A stretch of 39,072 nucleotides of DNA from a virus (lineage: Duplodnaviria > Caudoviricetes), in IMG/VR virus record IMGVR_UViG_3300016636_000214, positions 1-39,072 of that record; one strand, 5' to 3'. Below the pieces are notes generated by a model that did not search any database, was not told the origin of the DNA, and saw nothing but the letters and a program-made list of their open reading frames with translations. The translations under genes and the position numbers were made by a program. Shown here piece after piece: positions 16,620-26,509 of this stretch. The first letter of the stretch is position 1; every line of letters begins with the position of its first letter.

Positions 16620-19202
16620 TTACTCCTGGTCACCCAGGCGCGAGCGGATGCGGGCGGCCTTGGCACGCTCGCGTTCGTCCAGCAACTGGTTGAGCATGTT
16701 GCGCAGCCCGTCAGTGTCGGTGCCCGGGGTAGCGCTGATGTTGATTTCGATGGTGTCGCCCTGGACAACGATGCCGCTGCCTGAATTGGCCGACAGCGGT
16801 GGGCGGTTGTCCATGGCCATGGTGCCGCCGGCAGCTCCGAAGCCGATGGCCCCGGCCGCAACCATTTGCTTGCCCATGTTGGTGACTGCAGCCAGCGGCC
16901 CCTGCTGGCCCTTGACGAGCCCTTGCTCCAGGCCTGCCATGGTGAAGCCGCCCAGACTGGCGAAGACGCGCGACGGCGAGTGGATGCCGAGCTTTTCTTT
17001 GAACCAGGTGATGGTGTTGTCTGCGGCGCCGGTGATAGCGCCCTTCACTGCGGCTAGGCCATTGGTGATGCCCTGGACCATGCCCTGCATGAGCATGGTG
17101 CCGAACTCGCTGAATTTGCTGGGCATCTCGACGCCGAAGTAGCTCATCACGCCGGCGAAAGCGCGATAGAACAGGCCCAGCGGGGAGAAGTTGAGGATCA
17201 GCGCGGCGATGCCGGCGAAGCCACCGTTGAAGCCTTCCTTCACCTCTGCCCAAAGGCCCAGGAAATAGGCTTTGATGGGGTCCCAATACTTGTAGATTAG
17301 GTAGGCTGCGGTGGCGATGGCCATCACCGCCAGACCGATGGGGTTCATCATTAACGCGCGGCCGAGCAAGAGCACGGTCTTGCCGGCCCACAGCAGGGCG
17401 CTGCCTAGGCCTTTCAGGGCGGTGACGGCGCCGAGGCTCTTGATGCCTATAAGGGTGAGGGCGTAGCGCGCGATAGCGAAAGGGCCGTAGAAACTTGCGA
17501 GCATGAGGGTGATGCCGCCACCGACGGCTATCAGCATGGCTAGGCCGCCCGCGGTCTTGACGATGGCGGCCGTGAGGCCAGGGTTTTCCTTGACCCAGTT
17601 CTTGACGCTGACGGCGAGCTCGCCGAAACCGTTGATGAGCTCCTTGAGCTCGGGCGCGATGGTGGCGCCGATCTCGCTCATGGCATTAGACCAACTGCCT
17701 TCGGCGGCCTCGATGGTGTTGGCGAGAGTGCCGAGCTGCTCTTTGACGCGAGTCTGCAGGTCAGCTTGGTCGCGCATCTTGTCGGCGACTTCCTGGTATC
17801 CGGCAAGTCCCTTGTCCATCAGGGTGTTTACCACCTGCAGGGTCTCGGAGTCGTCGCCGAACAGCTCCTTCATCACACTGGTGCGCTGCACGCTGGTGAG
17901 CTTCTTCAACTTCTCCAGCTGGGCGAAGAGTTGGTCCATGCCGCCAAACTCGCCCTTACCATCGGTGAAGTCGAGGTCGAAGCCGGCCTTCATTTCGGCG
18001 AGGGCAGCGTTGGCCTTGGTGAAGCGCTTTTCGTCAACTCCCGACTGGAATACTTTGCGAATTGCGTTGCCTGCGGACTCTCCGGCCATGCCGGTCTGAT
18101 CCATCATCACCAGGAGCGGTGTCAAGGTGTTGGCCGCGTCAAGGCCTTCTTTTTTGATGATGGCCATGACCGGGCTGAGCTTGGTGAAGCCCTGGAGCAT
18201 GTCGTTGCTGTCCACGCCCAGGTTGCTTGTGCGCTGGATTGTGTCCATCAGGGACAACATGTCCTTCTCGCTGGTGCGAGTGGCGTCCTGCATTTTGGCG
18301 GCAAACTTGGCGGCCTCGGTGACCGGCATTTGAAGTTGCACTGCGAGGTAGGCGGCGGCCTCGCCAGTACCGCCGAGGATATTGGCCGCGCTGAGGCCCT
18401 GCTGGCGGAGCGTGGTCATCATTTCCATGAAGTCAGCAGTGGTGCCTGGCAGGCGGTCGCCCAGGCCGGTGGCCAAGTCGCTGATCTTTTGGAAGTCGGC
18501 CGGTACCTGGCCCGTACTATCCATCATGGCCACCTTGAGTTGGGTGGCTGCGTTCTCGGCCGGCGCGAATGCGTCCACGATGCCCTTGAGAGGCCTGGAA
18601 ATGGCGTAGGCAGTACCGAGCCCCGCTGCGCCGCCGGCGGCCATGCTGCCAGCAAGCTGCTGTGACTTGTCATACTGCGCGCGAGCGTTGGCGAGGCGCT
18701 TGGATTGGGCCGCCAAGCGCTGCATGCGCTGGGTCTGTTCGCTGATCTGCTGATTGGTACTTGCGATGCGGTCGCGGAGTTCGCGCTCGCCCTGCACGAG
18801 ATTGCGCGTGCTGATACCGGCGGCGCTGAGCTTGCTTCGTAGCCCCTGAAGCTCGGCCTGCTGTTCCTGGTGCTGTTTCTTGAGGGTGGTGGCGGCGCGG
18901 ATGGCGTCCTGCATGTCCGCCGTCATCTGCTTGGTCGGCGCGCCGGTGGCAGCCATCTGGCGGCCGAGTTCCTTCACTCGATCACGCGCGCCCTGGAGGG
19001 CGGTTCCGGTGTTGGCGCTGATGGCGCGCAGGCGTTGCCAACTGCTGACATCGTTCTGAGTTGCTTGCAGCTGCTTGAGCTGGTCGCGGGACTCCTTGAG
19101 TGCACGACCGAGGCCGACGCTTCCTTGCATCACTGCGCGGATGGGGCGGGTGGCGCGGTCGATAGCCTGGAGGATCACCTCCATTCTCAGATCATTGGCC
19201 AT
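16620..19202 (-). CDS. T: Tail tape measure protein
   Basis: 860 aa, Ala/Gly-rich; LGIHSPSRVF; synteny. Confidence 0.95.
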   Translation of the reverse strand: MANDLRMEVILQAIDRATRPIRAVMQGSVGLGRALKESRDQLKQLQATQNDVSSWQRLRAISANTGTALQGARDRVKELGRQMAATGAPTKQMTADMQDAIRAATTLKKQHQEQQAELQGLRSKLSAAGISTRNLVQGERELRDRIASTNQQISEQTQRMQRLAAQSKRLANARAQYDKSQQLAGSMAAGGAAGLGTAYAISRPLKGIVDAFAPAENAATQLKVAMMDSTGQVPADFQKISDLATGLGDRLPGTTADFMEMMTTLRQQGLSAANILGGTGEAAAYLAVQLQMPVTEAAKFAAKMQDATRTSEKDMLSLMDTIQRTSNLGVDSNDMLQGFTKLSPVMAIIKKEGLDAANTLTPLLVMMDQTGMAGESAGNAIRKVFQSGVDEKRFTKANAALAEMKAGFDLDFTDGKGEFGGMDQLFAQLEKLKKLTSVQRTSVMKELFGDDSETLQVVNTLMDKGLAGYQEVADKMRDQADLQTRVKEQLGTLANTIEAAEGSWSNAMSEIGATIAPELKELINGFGELAVSVKNWVKENPGLTAAIVKTAGGLAMLIAVGGGITLMLASFYGPFAIARYALTLIGIKSLGAVTALKGLGSALLWAGKTVLLLGRALMMNPIGLAVMAIATAAYLIYKYWDPIKAYFLGLWAEVKEGFNGGFAGIAALILNFSPLGLFYRAFAGVMSYFGVEMPSKFSEFGTMLMQGMVQGITNGLAAVKGAITGAADNTITWFKEKLGIHSPSRVFASLGGFTMAGLEQGLVKGQQGPLAAVTNMGKQMVAAGAIGFGAAGGTMAMDNRPPLSANSGSGIVVQGDTIEINISATPGTDTDGLRNMLNQLLDERERAKAARIRSRLGDQE

Positions 19203-19368
19203 CGCTTTTCTCCCAGCGGCTTCTGGCCCGCTCGCGCCATTCCATCAGTTCCGACAGGGGCAACGGGTCCAAGTCCTCCGGCCCCCAGTGAAAGACCATG
19301 GCCAGGTCGGCCATGGCGTCTTCTACGCGACGAGGGCAGCTTCCTTCGCCGACTTCTGCAGCAAAAAA
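19192..19368 (-). CDS. E': gpE' extension reached by programmed -1 frameshift
   Basis: Slippery TTTTTTG at 19368-19362; -1 frame reads MADLAMVFHWGPEDLDPLPLSELMEWRERA. Confidence 0.88.
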   Translation of the reverse strand, partial: FFAAEVGEGSCPRRVEDAMADLAMVFHWGPEDLDPLPLSELMEWRERARSRWEKSDGQ

Positions 19369-19685
19369 CCTGCAATAGCCAGCCCACACTGGAACAGGTC
19401 GGCCGGGTCCATGCGGCCAACCTCGATGTCGGTGAGGCTGGGAGTGCTGATGCGCGGCAGCACCTTGCGCAGGGCGAGTACGTCCATTTGTGCCAGGTCG
19501 GACAGGGTCACGCCGCGCAGCTCGCCGCTCATGGGTTTGCGCAGAGTTACCTGATCGATCTTCTGCTCGCCGCGGATGATCGGGGTGTCGAGGTTGATGA
19601 CTTCCTCGTTGGGGTTCTTGGTCGGGGCCGGTGCAGCCGCTGCAGCGGTGGTGCTGTCGTCGTGCTTGGCTTCTGGAGTCTGCAT
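19323..19685 (-). CDS. E: Tail assembly chaperone gpE
   Basis: LDTPIIRG...LRKPMSGELRG...LPRIS...DPADL. Confidence 0.92.
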   Translation of the reverse strand: MQTPEAKHDDSTTAAAAAPAPTKNPNEEVINLDTPIIRGEQKIDQVTLRKPMSGELRGVTLSDLAQMDVLALRKVLPRISTPSLTDIEVGRMDPADLFQCGLAIAGFLLQKSAKEAALVA

Positions 19686-19743
19686 GGGGTGGTGCTCCTT
19701 GGTTCAGGGGGGAAAGCCGGCATGGGCGCCGGCGGCTAGCGGG

Positions 19744-20259
19744 TTAGAGACCGATGTTCTTGCGGTGCGCGGCGAGCAGGTCTTCGCCGTCGACGATGAA
19801 CACGAAGTTCAGAAGGTCGATTTCGGTGATGACCTCGCTGTCGACGGTGAGCTTGTAGTAGGTGCAGGTGGTGCTGATCTGGTGCTCGGTGTCTTCGCCC
19901 GGGGTGGACTCGCCGAAGTCGATCTCTTCATGCCGGCCGCGCACGGAGATTTCCACGGAGCTAGTGCGGCCGTCGTCTTCGCGCTGGACCGAACCGGCGA
20001 AGCGCAGAGCAATGCCATCGGCACGAACCGCACCGAACTGGCGCAGGGCGAGCAGGTCCCAGCCGCCCAGGGTCCAGGCGAGGACGATGCCGTCATCGCC
20101 GAAGCCGAGGTCGACCTTGACCGGGCCGTCCATACCGCCGCCGCGGTAGGCCTCCATCTTGCGGGCCAGCTTGGGCAGGGTGACGGTCTTGGCGATGCCG
20201 CCGTAGACGTTACCGTCGTTGAACAGGTTGAAGTGCTTGAGCTTCTTGGCTAGGGCCAT
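19744..20259 (-). CDS. FII: Tail tube protein
   Basis: KLKHFNLFNDG...LPKLARKMEAYRGGGM. Confidence 0.95.
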   Translation of the reverse strand: MALAKKLKHFNLFNDGNVYGGIAKTVTLPKLARKMEAYRGGGMDGPVKVDLGFGDDGIVLAWTLGGWDLLALRQFGAVRADGIALRFAGSVQREDDGRTSSVEISVRGRHEEIDFGESTPGEDTEHQISTTCTYYKLTVDSEVITEIDLLNFVFIVDGEDLLAAHRKNIGL

Positions 20260-20306
20260 GGTATAGCGCTCCTACAGCGCAGCCGGGGCCGCGCGGGTGA
20301 ATGGGA

Positions 20307-21497
20307 TCAGGCCTTGACGCTCTCGGCGAAGGTCATCAGGTAGCGGTCGGTGATGCGCTGACGGAAAAGCAGGTTTTCCAGCGGCGGGACGGGGGTGTAG
20401 TCGTAGTCCAGGAACAGCTTGCCGGCCTTGAGGGTGGTGGTGTCGTTGGCAGCCGGGTCGAACCAGCACTGCCCGTCGATGATGTAGCCGCCGGTTTTCA
20501 GCTCGCGGAACTTGGCGTTCACGCCGTCGACGATGTCTTTGACCAGGCTCCCGTGCATGGGCTTGTCCACAGCCCAGAAGTGGGCCTCGGCCATAGTGTC
20601 GGCCAGCACCTGGGCGGTGCGGGTGTAGTTCTCGAAGGCGAACAGCGGGTCGGCGCTGGTGGTTCGGTTGCCCCAGAAGCGGAAACCTTCGCGGCGGATC
20701 AGGGTGGTGACATCGGCGGCGTTGAGCAGGCCGGCGTCGGTGGCGGGGTTCTGCAGGTCCCAGAAGATGTCCTTGGACAGGCCCGAAACACCGTTGACCG
20801 GCACGTTGGACAGGGTTTTGTGCCAGCCGACTTGCTCGTCGATCTTGGCTCGCAGGCCCAGGGCGCGTGCGACGGCCGAGGCTGAGGCGTTGGCGCTGGT
20901 GGCGGTGTCCCAGTTGACGAAGTCCGGCCAGATGAGCATGAGCTCGCGGGAGCCGAAGCCTTCACGGTAGGCGATGGCCTCTGAGACGTTCTCGCAGTCC
21001 CAGGCGCTGGCGTAGGAGAAGGCACGCATCTTCTCGGCGATGGCCGCCAGTTCGGTGGTCACGGCCAGGTTGTCCAGGCCCGGTACGCCCAGGATGCGCG
21101 GGCGCACGCCGAGCTGAACTTCGGCAGCCAGCAACGCCTTGAGGCCGGTGTACTGACCCTGGGCGGTAACGCCACCGATGATCTTGGTAGTTTGGTTCGC
21201 TTCCTTGGCGGCATCGTCGGCGCCTTCGCCGTCGGCCACGCGCACTACGACGGTGACGGGGCTGGCCTGGTCTGCGATGGCGTCCAGGCTGCGGGCCAGG
21301 GTGCCTAGCTCGCCGGCTTTGCCAGAAGCTGTGAGTACGTCGGTAAGTAGGACCGGGGTGTTGAGCGGGAAGGTAGCCGCGTCGGCGTCGCTGCCGGTGC
21401 AGACCATGCCCACCACGGCGGTGGCGATAGTGCGAATAGGGCGGATGCCCTCGTTGATTTCGAGGACGCGAACGCCGTGATGGTAGTCGGTTGCCAT
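20307..21497 (-). CDS. FI: Tail sheath protein
   Basis: DYHHGVRVLEIN...GFRFWGNRT...YDYTPVPPLE. Confidence 0.96.
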   Translation of the reverse strand: MATDYHHGVRVLEINEGIRPIRTIATAVVGMVCTGSDADAATFPLNTPVLLTDVLTASGKAGELGTLARSLDAIADQASPVTVVVRVADGEGADDAAKEANQTTKIIGGVTAQGQYTGLKALLAAEVQLGVRPRILGVPGLDNLAVTTELAAIAEKMRAFSYASAWDCENVSEAIAYREGFGSRELMLIWPDFVNWDTATSANASASAVARALGLRAKIDEQVGWHKTLSNVPVNGVSGLSKDIFWDLQNPATDAGLLNAADVTTLIRREGFRFWGNRTTSADPLFAFENYTRTAQVLADTMAEAHFWAVDKPMHGSLVKDIVDGVNAKFRELKTGGYIIDGQCWFDPAANDTTTLKAGKLFLDYDYTPVPPLENLLFRQRITDRYLMTFAESVKA

Positions 21498-21533
21498 TTG
21501 GGCAGCTCCTGGTGGGCATGATGCCGTTTCAGT

Positions 21534-21600
21534 GAGCCTTGAGGGTGACGCGCGCGCGCAAGCGGGGCGAGCGGCGGGCGGTGTAGCGGGGCGCGGTACA
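21534..21600 (-). promoter_or_regulatory. Ogr-dependent late promoter PF
   Basis: TGTA-N11-TACA dyad at 21582-21600, CG tract, -10-like CACCCT. Confidence 0.75.
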
Positions 21601-21611
21601 GGACGCGCAAG

Positions 21612-21635
21612 AAAAAGCCCCGACTCGCGGGGCTT
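21612..21635 (-). terminator. Intrinsic terminator of the V-G operon
   Basis: AAGCCCCG-CGAGT-CGGGGC-TTTTT. Confidence 0.8.
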
Positions 21636-21684
21636 GTTCCTGGTTGAGGTTAATCAACAGGCGTTGTCGTCACCCTCATCGCTG

Positions 21685-22113
21685 TTAATCGACCTGTTGT
21701 GCGATCCAAGTGGGCGGCACGGGACGATAGTGGATATCCGGAAACTCAGACTTTTGCGGCCAGTCGCGCAACTCCTGCAAGTAAACAAGCAACTCTGCGA
21801 ATTGTTCAGGTGACAAGGATGTGTCGCCGCCAACCTCCTGCTGATCGCGGTGCCGTTCTCGCAACCAAAGGACCGAGGCCAACTCGCCGTCGCGCCATTT
21901 GCGCTCTAACTTCGCCAAGTCATCGGAGGTCACGGGCAAACGCTCTGCAAGAGAAGGAATTCCATTTTCAACAGCGATAATTACCTTGCCTTCAGACTCC
22001 CCCGATATCAGCGCCGCACGTTCATCTTTGGTAATTTGAACTCGATCATCCGGAATAACCGAATGCAGATCAGAATCATAAAAACCGCCTGTAGATGCGC
22101 TATAGAAGATCAT
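21685..22113 (-). CDS. Tail fibre assembly chaperone
   Basis: FYSASTGGFY...YLQELRDWPQ..EFP; follows the fibre gene. Confidence 0.88.
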   Translation of the reverse strand: MIFYSASTGGFYDSDLHSVIPDDRVQITKDERAALISGESEGKVIIAVENGIPSLAERLPVTSDDLAKLERKWRDGELASVLWLRERHRDQQEVGGDTSLSPEQFAELLVYLQELRDWPQKSEFPDIHYRPVPPTWIAQQVD

Positions 22114-22116
22114 TCG

Positions 22117-23991
22117 CTAGTACCCCACCGTAAGCCACCTGACGCTTTGCGCAGCGTCATCGTTAGCAATCGTGATTGTTTGAAGCGTTCTTGCGATCAC
22201 ATTGGTAGCTGACTGAGTTGTACTCCCTGTGATTCGGTTAACGCTCCCCGTAACTCCTTCCCAGAAGTTTGCAGTAGGAAAGGCGATCAACATTGTTGCA
22301 ACTGCTGTGGAATCTTGAGCCATCGAAATAACTCCCCACTGAATGATCAAACCACCCATCCAGCTCGGGAAAGCGATGTAGCCGGTAGGTGTCGGTGAGA
22401 ACTGAAAGCCAAGGCGCAGTTTTTTAGGAGTAACCATGACTGCATCGTTTGCGCTGTCGAGCATTTGCGCGGACGTGGCCACCTTTGCCGTGCCCTGGTT
22501 GATTTCCGTTGCCTGGGCTGCAAGGGGCAGCAGCGCTGCAATATCAATGTTTCCCTGATTGATCGGAGCGTTCCAGGCCTTGATGCACCACATCACCGCC
22601 AAGTTTCGCGGGCGAGTTTCGCCCCCACCCGTCACCGAAGTTTTCCCGTTTGGATACAGGTTCGTTGCGCCGTTCGGGAAGTCTCGGGTGCCAACCAAGG
22701 CCCCTAAAGGCGTCTTAGGGCCAAGGGATACGGCATCAATATCGTGGCTGTGCCCCCTGAGGTCATCAGCCTGTAATGTGCCAAGCCCGCGCCCGGCATC
22801 CACCCCTCGCCCGTGGTCCCAACCTCGCAGGAATTCCCCGCGCGACTCGGGCAAACGGAAGTTACCGGCGCCCTCGTCACCCTTGTTGAATGCACCGCCC
22901 AAGAACGTGGCCAGGTCTGGATAAGCCGCCGCGCTTTTGACGCTTCCGTCCAACTCCAGAAAGCCCGGCGCCACCTTGTTCACGGGAAAGCCGATCATCG
23001 AACCTACAGGCAACGCCGAGGCCTGAGCGATCATCGCCGCGATTTCATCCTTGGTGTATGTGTCCGTGATTCCGTGACCCGCCAGTGTGGTAGGGGTGGT
23101 ACCGGCAATCACCCGGCCGTACTTGTCGACCGTCACCTTGGTGTATGCGCCCGCGCTGACACCCGTGCGTCCAGCGACCATTTCGAAGGCAAGCGCAGTG
23201 GTGCCTAGAACAATGGGAGCGTCCGTCACCAGCTGCCATACGCTATCGCCGTTGATCGTGCCCTTTTCAACACTGACAAACAGCCCAGGCGTCACCTCGA
23301 CACTGGTGTCGGCATCCTGTGCACGTTTCCAGGCGCCCGCTGCGGGGACAACGTAGATACCGTTTTCTTTGGCTTGAGCCTGATCCTTCACCAGGACGCG
23401 CGCACCGGCCTGCAGTAGCTCGCCGTCGATGGTCTGGATACCGCTCAGCGTGATATTTGCCGTTGTTGCCGCCAGCACTGAGTGCTTATAGTCCAGCTTT
23501 GATAGCGCCTCAACAATGACAGTGTCGACGTATTCGCGCGTCGCCAAGACAACGCTGGGGTCGATCTTCAGCTCAATGTTCGCCGTGCTGCTGACGATCA
23601 GGTTGATCCGAATCACCTGCGTCCGGCCAGAGCCCTGGGTGAGCAGCGGCTTGAACGTGGGCGCGCAGTTGGCGACTGCGACCATGTCGCCGTCCGCGTC
23701 GTACAGCGCAAGCTCCCGCACCCACCAGCCGCCGACGCTCTCGGGGATGATCTGCTCGGCAATGATCACGCTGGCATTGGCCGGGTCAACCTTCACTTGG
23801 TTCAACGGTGCACGTCGGCGCTCGTTGATCAGTTTGGTTTGTGTGCGGCTGGGGATAGGGTCGGTGCCGTTGGCATCACCCACGGCCATCTGGGCGAAGG
23901 TCCAGGATGTGCCGAGGGCTGCGGCGTTTGCCTGCTTGGCTTCACCGACGGCGGTGAGAATCGCAAAGAACTGACTATTTTGGTCGGTCAT
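22117..23991 (-). CDS. H: Tail fibre protein (gpH N-terminus, collar domain, variable C-terminus)
   Basis: FFAILTAVGEAK...QGSGRTQ; collar PVG...RGEFLRGWD; GLIIQWG. Confidence 0.94.
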   Translation of the reverse strand: MTDQNSQFFAILTAVGEAKQANAAALGTSWTFAQMAVGDANGTDPIPSRTQTKLINERRRAPLNQVKVDPANASVIIAEQIIPESVGGWWVRELALYDADGDMVAVANCAPTFKPLLTQGSGRTQVIRINLIVSSTANIELKIDPSVVLATREYVDTVIVEALSKLDYKHSVLAATTANITLSGIQTIDGELLQAGARVLVKDQAQAKENGIYVVPAAGAWKRAQDADTSVEVTPGLFVSVEKGTINGDSVWQLVTDAPIVLGTTALAFEMVAGRTGVSAGAYTKVTVDKYGRVIAGTTPTTLAGHGITDTYTKDEIAAMIAQASALPVGSMIGFPVNKVAPGFLELDGSVKSAAAYPDLATFLGGAFNKGDEGAGNFRLPESRGEFLRGWDHGRGVDAGRGLGTLQADDLRGHSHDIDAVSLGPKTPLGALVGTRDFPNGATNLYPNGKTSVTGGGETRPRNLAVMWCIKAWNAPINQGNIDIAALLPLAAQATEINQGTAKVATSAQMLDSANDAVMVTPKKLRLGFQFSPTPTGYIAFPSWMGGLIIQWGVISMAQDSTAVATMLIAFPTANFWEGVTGSVNRITGSTTQSATNVIARTLQTITIANDDAAQSVRWLTVGY

Positions 23992-24602
23992 GAGTTGATG
24001 TCCATCGTGTCAATGTGGTGTTCGCGGCCACCGATGCGGTACACGCCGCTGACGTTGATATCGCGCTGGGTCGGTGGGTAAACGCTGAGTTCGTCGCCTT
24101 CGGAAACGCATGCTCCGATGTATACGGTGCCGGTGCTTTCGAGGCTGATAGCCAGCCCGATGAGGTGGCGGCTGAGCGGCTTGGCGTCGTCAATCAGCCA
24201 GGTCAGCTCCAGGTACATTTCTTCGGTGATGCCGGTGTCCAGCACGCCGACCTTCAAGGCAAACGTGCCGGGCACGCCTGCCGGTACGGTCTGCCACCAC
24301 TCCACCACCTCGATCAGATAGCCCAGCGGCTCGACCACGCGGCGCAGCGCGCCGATGGTGCCCTTGCGGGAGTGGATGAAGTAGGAGGCCTTGATGGCGT
24401 TGCGCTTCGCGCTCTCGGGCCAGGACTGGGACCAACGGTCGACCGAGAAAGCCCAAGCCAGGTAGGGCAGCAGCGCCACGGGGCAGGCGTCAGGGTTCCA
24501 GAGGTCGCGCAGCGGCACGGGCACACGCTCGATCTGCGCCAGGGCCTGCGCGGCTAGGCGCTCCAGTTCGGTGGCGTTGCCCGGCAGTAGGCGCGCGACC
24601 AT
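23988..24602 (-). CDS. I: Tail protein I
   Basis: LLPGNATELE...LLPYLAWAFSVDRW...KGT. Confidence 0.95.
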   Translation of the reverse strand: MVARLLPGNATELERLAAQALAQIERVPVPLRDLWNPDACPVALLPYLAWAFSVDRWSQSWPESAKRNAIKASYFIHSRKGTIGALRRVVEPLGYLIEVVEWWQTVPAGVPGTFALKVGVLDTGITEEMYLELTWLIDDAKPLSRHLIGLAISLESTGTVYIGACVSEGDELSVYPPTQRDINVSGVYRIGGREHHIDTMDINS

Positions 24603-25513
24603 TACTCGGCCACCGTGACGCTGTAGGCGGTGCAGTAAGGCGCCTGGGTGAGGCTAGCGACGACGTCAGCCCAGCCGGGCAACTCAACGCGCTTGACGCC
24701 CTCGATGTGCAGGGCGGCGTCCAGGGCGGAGCGATTGACCTCCTGGCCGAGGCGGCGGCGAGCATTGACCAGGGCAGCAAGGCGGGTCTCGGCGGCGGCG
24801 CGGACTGGTTCGGATTCGGGGCCGGAGCTGTTCAGGTAAAGCACGGCCTCCACGGTGTAGGGCAGCTCCTGGGCACTCTGTACGGTGAGGCGGTCGGCCA
24901 CAGGTCGGCGGTCCTCGTCGCTGAGGTAGGCGGCGACCACGGCGAGCAGATCGGGCGCTGCGGTGCCGTTGCCCAAGGCGCTCTGTACGGTGACGACGAC
25001 CTCGGCCGGGGCCGGGCTTATCGCAGAAGCATCGGCGACGCGACCGTCTGCACTGCGAGCGTGGAAGATGTAGGCGTTGCGTGGGCCGGCGGTGCTGAGA
25101 CCTTCCATGGCCATCTGGATGCGCTCGCGCAGGCTCTCATAGTCCTCCAGAACAGCCGCCACCGGAGGCACTGCGGACGGATTGGCCGGGGTGATGACCA
25201 GGCGCACGACGTTGAAGCGGGCGCCGATCTGCTCCAGGTCCGCGCCCTGAGCGAAGGGCAGCAGCACGGCAAGGGCGGCCTCGTTAACGCGCTGGCGGAG
25301 CAGCGTTTCGCGATAGGCGCTCTCCTGGAGCAGCTTGGTGAGCGGCTCGGATTCCAGGGCGAGGGTGGCGGCCACCTCGGCCTGCTGATCGGCCGGCCAA
25401 AGGCTGACGGCGTATGCCTTGCGCTCGGCGAGGATCGACTCGTAGTCGATCTGCTCAACGACGACGGGCGCTGGCAGTCGACTGAGGTCGATAGGGGTAA
25501 AGGTGGTGGTCAT
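24602..25513 (-). CDS. J: Baseplate J
   Basis: IDLSRLPAP...LSTAGPRNAY...RPVADR. Confidence 0.95.
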   Translation of the reverse strand: MTTTFTPIDLSRLPAPVVVEQIDYESILAERKAYAVSLWPADQQAEVAATLALESEPLTKLLQESAYRETLLRQRVNEAALAVLLPFAQGADLEQIGARFNVVRLVITPANPSAVPPVAAVLEDYESLRERIQMAMEGLSTAGPRNAYIFHARSADGRVADASAISPAPAEVVVTVQSALGNGTAAPDLLAVVAAYLSDEDRRPVADRLTVQSAQELPYTVEAVLYLNSSGPESEPVRAAAETRLAALVNARRRLGQEVNRSALDAALHIEGVKRVELPGWADVVASLTQAPYCTAYSVTVAE

Positions 25514-25863
25514 GTGGAGGCCCCCAGGCTCAGCGGTACGCGCAGGCTGAGCGCTTCATTGGTGTCGGTTACGGTCCCCTCGATGTCCAGCACGGCGCCG
25601 CCCGGTACGTCGGTGGGTGTGAGTTGCACGCGGCTGAGGCGGATGCGCGGCTCCCAGCGCATGAGGGCCATCGCAATGGCGGCATAGGCCTGCAGGCGGG
25701 TTGCGCTGTTGAGCGGCCAGTCCATGAGGTCGGCCATCGGACTGCCGTACTCCCGGCGCATGATGCGGCTCCCGAGCGGCGTGGTGACGATATCGGCTAT
25801 GCATTGAGCCAGGTGCTGGCGGTCGCGGAGGGTGCGCCCGGTCTTGGCGCTCATGCCGATCAT
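25510..25863 (-). CDS. W: Baseplate W (gp25-like)
   Basis: TTPLGSRIMRREYGS...WEPRI. Confidence 0.93.
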   Translation of the reverse strand: MIGMSAKTGRTLRDRQHLAQCIADIVTTPLGSRIMRREYGSPMADLMDWPLNSATRLQAYAAIAMALMRWEPRIRLSRVQLTPTDVPGGAVLDIEGTVTDTNEALSLRVPLSLGAST

Positions 25864-26435
25864 GGTGTTGGCTCATCCGAAACGGCGGTGCCTCTGACAA
25901 CGCCCCTGGTTCGGTGTTTGCGCAGGCTGATGTCGGCTGCGATGACGTCTTCGCTGACGTTTACGGTGCCGGTAACGTGCTGGTTGCCGGTCTGCGTGTA
26001 GTCACCGGTGTGGTTGATAGGGCCGTCGATATTGATGCCACCGGTGCTGACCAGGTCGGTGACACCGCCGGCGGGCAGGGTTGCGCGAAGCACATGCGCA
26101 ACGAAGTCGTACTCGACAACAGCGCCGTCTGGATAGGTGCGGCGATGCAGGCCCTCGCGGTCGCCGTTCGCCGGGTTGGCATCACTGAACAGGCCGACCA
26201 AGGCGACTCCCTGGGCGAGAACGCCGGATGGGCTCAGCAGAACGACTTGCTCGCCGACTGTGGGCGGGTCCCATTCCTTAGAGGTGCCTGCGCGCAGTGC
26301 AAGCCAGGGCAGCCAGTTGGTGGTGATGCTGCCGGATTTCACGCGGACGCGGACCTTGGCGACGTCGACCTCGGCGATGGTGCCGAGGCGGACGAGGTTT
26401 TCAATGAGGCGGGCAAGTTCGGCGAGTTGGTTCAT
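25860..26435 (-). CDS. V: Baseplate spike V, 191 aa
   Basis: LIENLVRLGTI...WLPW...PTVGEQV...YPDGAVVEYD. Confidence 0.94.
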   Translation of the reverse strand: MNQLAELARLIENLVRLGTIAEVDVAKVRVRVKSGSITTNWLPWLALRAGTSKEWDPPTVGEQVVLLSPSGVLAQGVALVGLFSDANPANGDREGLHRRTYPDGAVVEYDFVAHVLRATLPAGGVTDLVSTGGINIDGPINHTGDYTQTGNQHVTGTVNVSEDVIAADISLRKHRTRGVVRGTAVSDEPTP

Positions 26436-26501
26436 GCAGCTGATGCTGCAGCTCGCGCGCGCGGGGTGCACTTGGCGTGGACTGTAGCGGAGCGCGCTAC
26501 A
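26435..26501 (-). promoter_or_regulatory. Ogr-dependent late promoter PV
   Basis: TGTAG-N9-CTACA at 26483-26501, CG tract, CAGCAT 7 nt before the ATG. Confidence 0.8.
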
Positions 26502-26509
26502 GCGCGAGG

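Noticed and set aside
19192-19685. E/E' frameshift as a novelty
   Set aside because: A well-known conserved P2 feature; listed under features only.
19681-19702. Partial match to the 21-bp block upstream of E (CCAAGGAGCACCACCCCATGCA)
   Set aside because: Explained by an ordinary SD plus start; no CGGCAA hairpin.
21600-24000. DGR or invertible tail-fibre system
   Set aside because: No reverse transcriptase, invertase, TR/VR pair or flanking inverted repeats seen.
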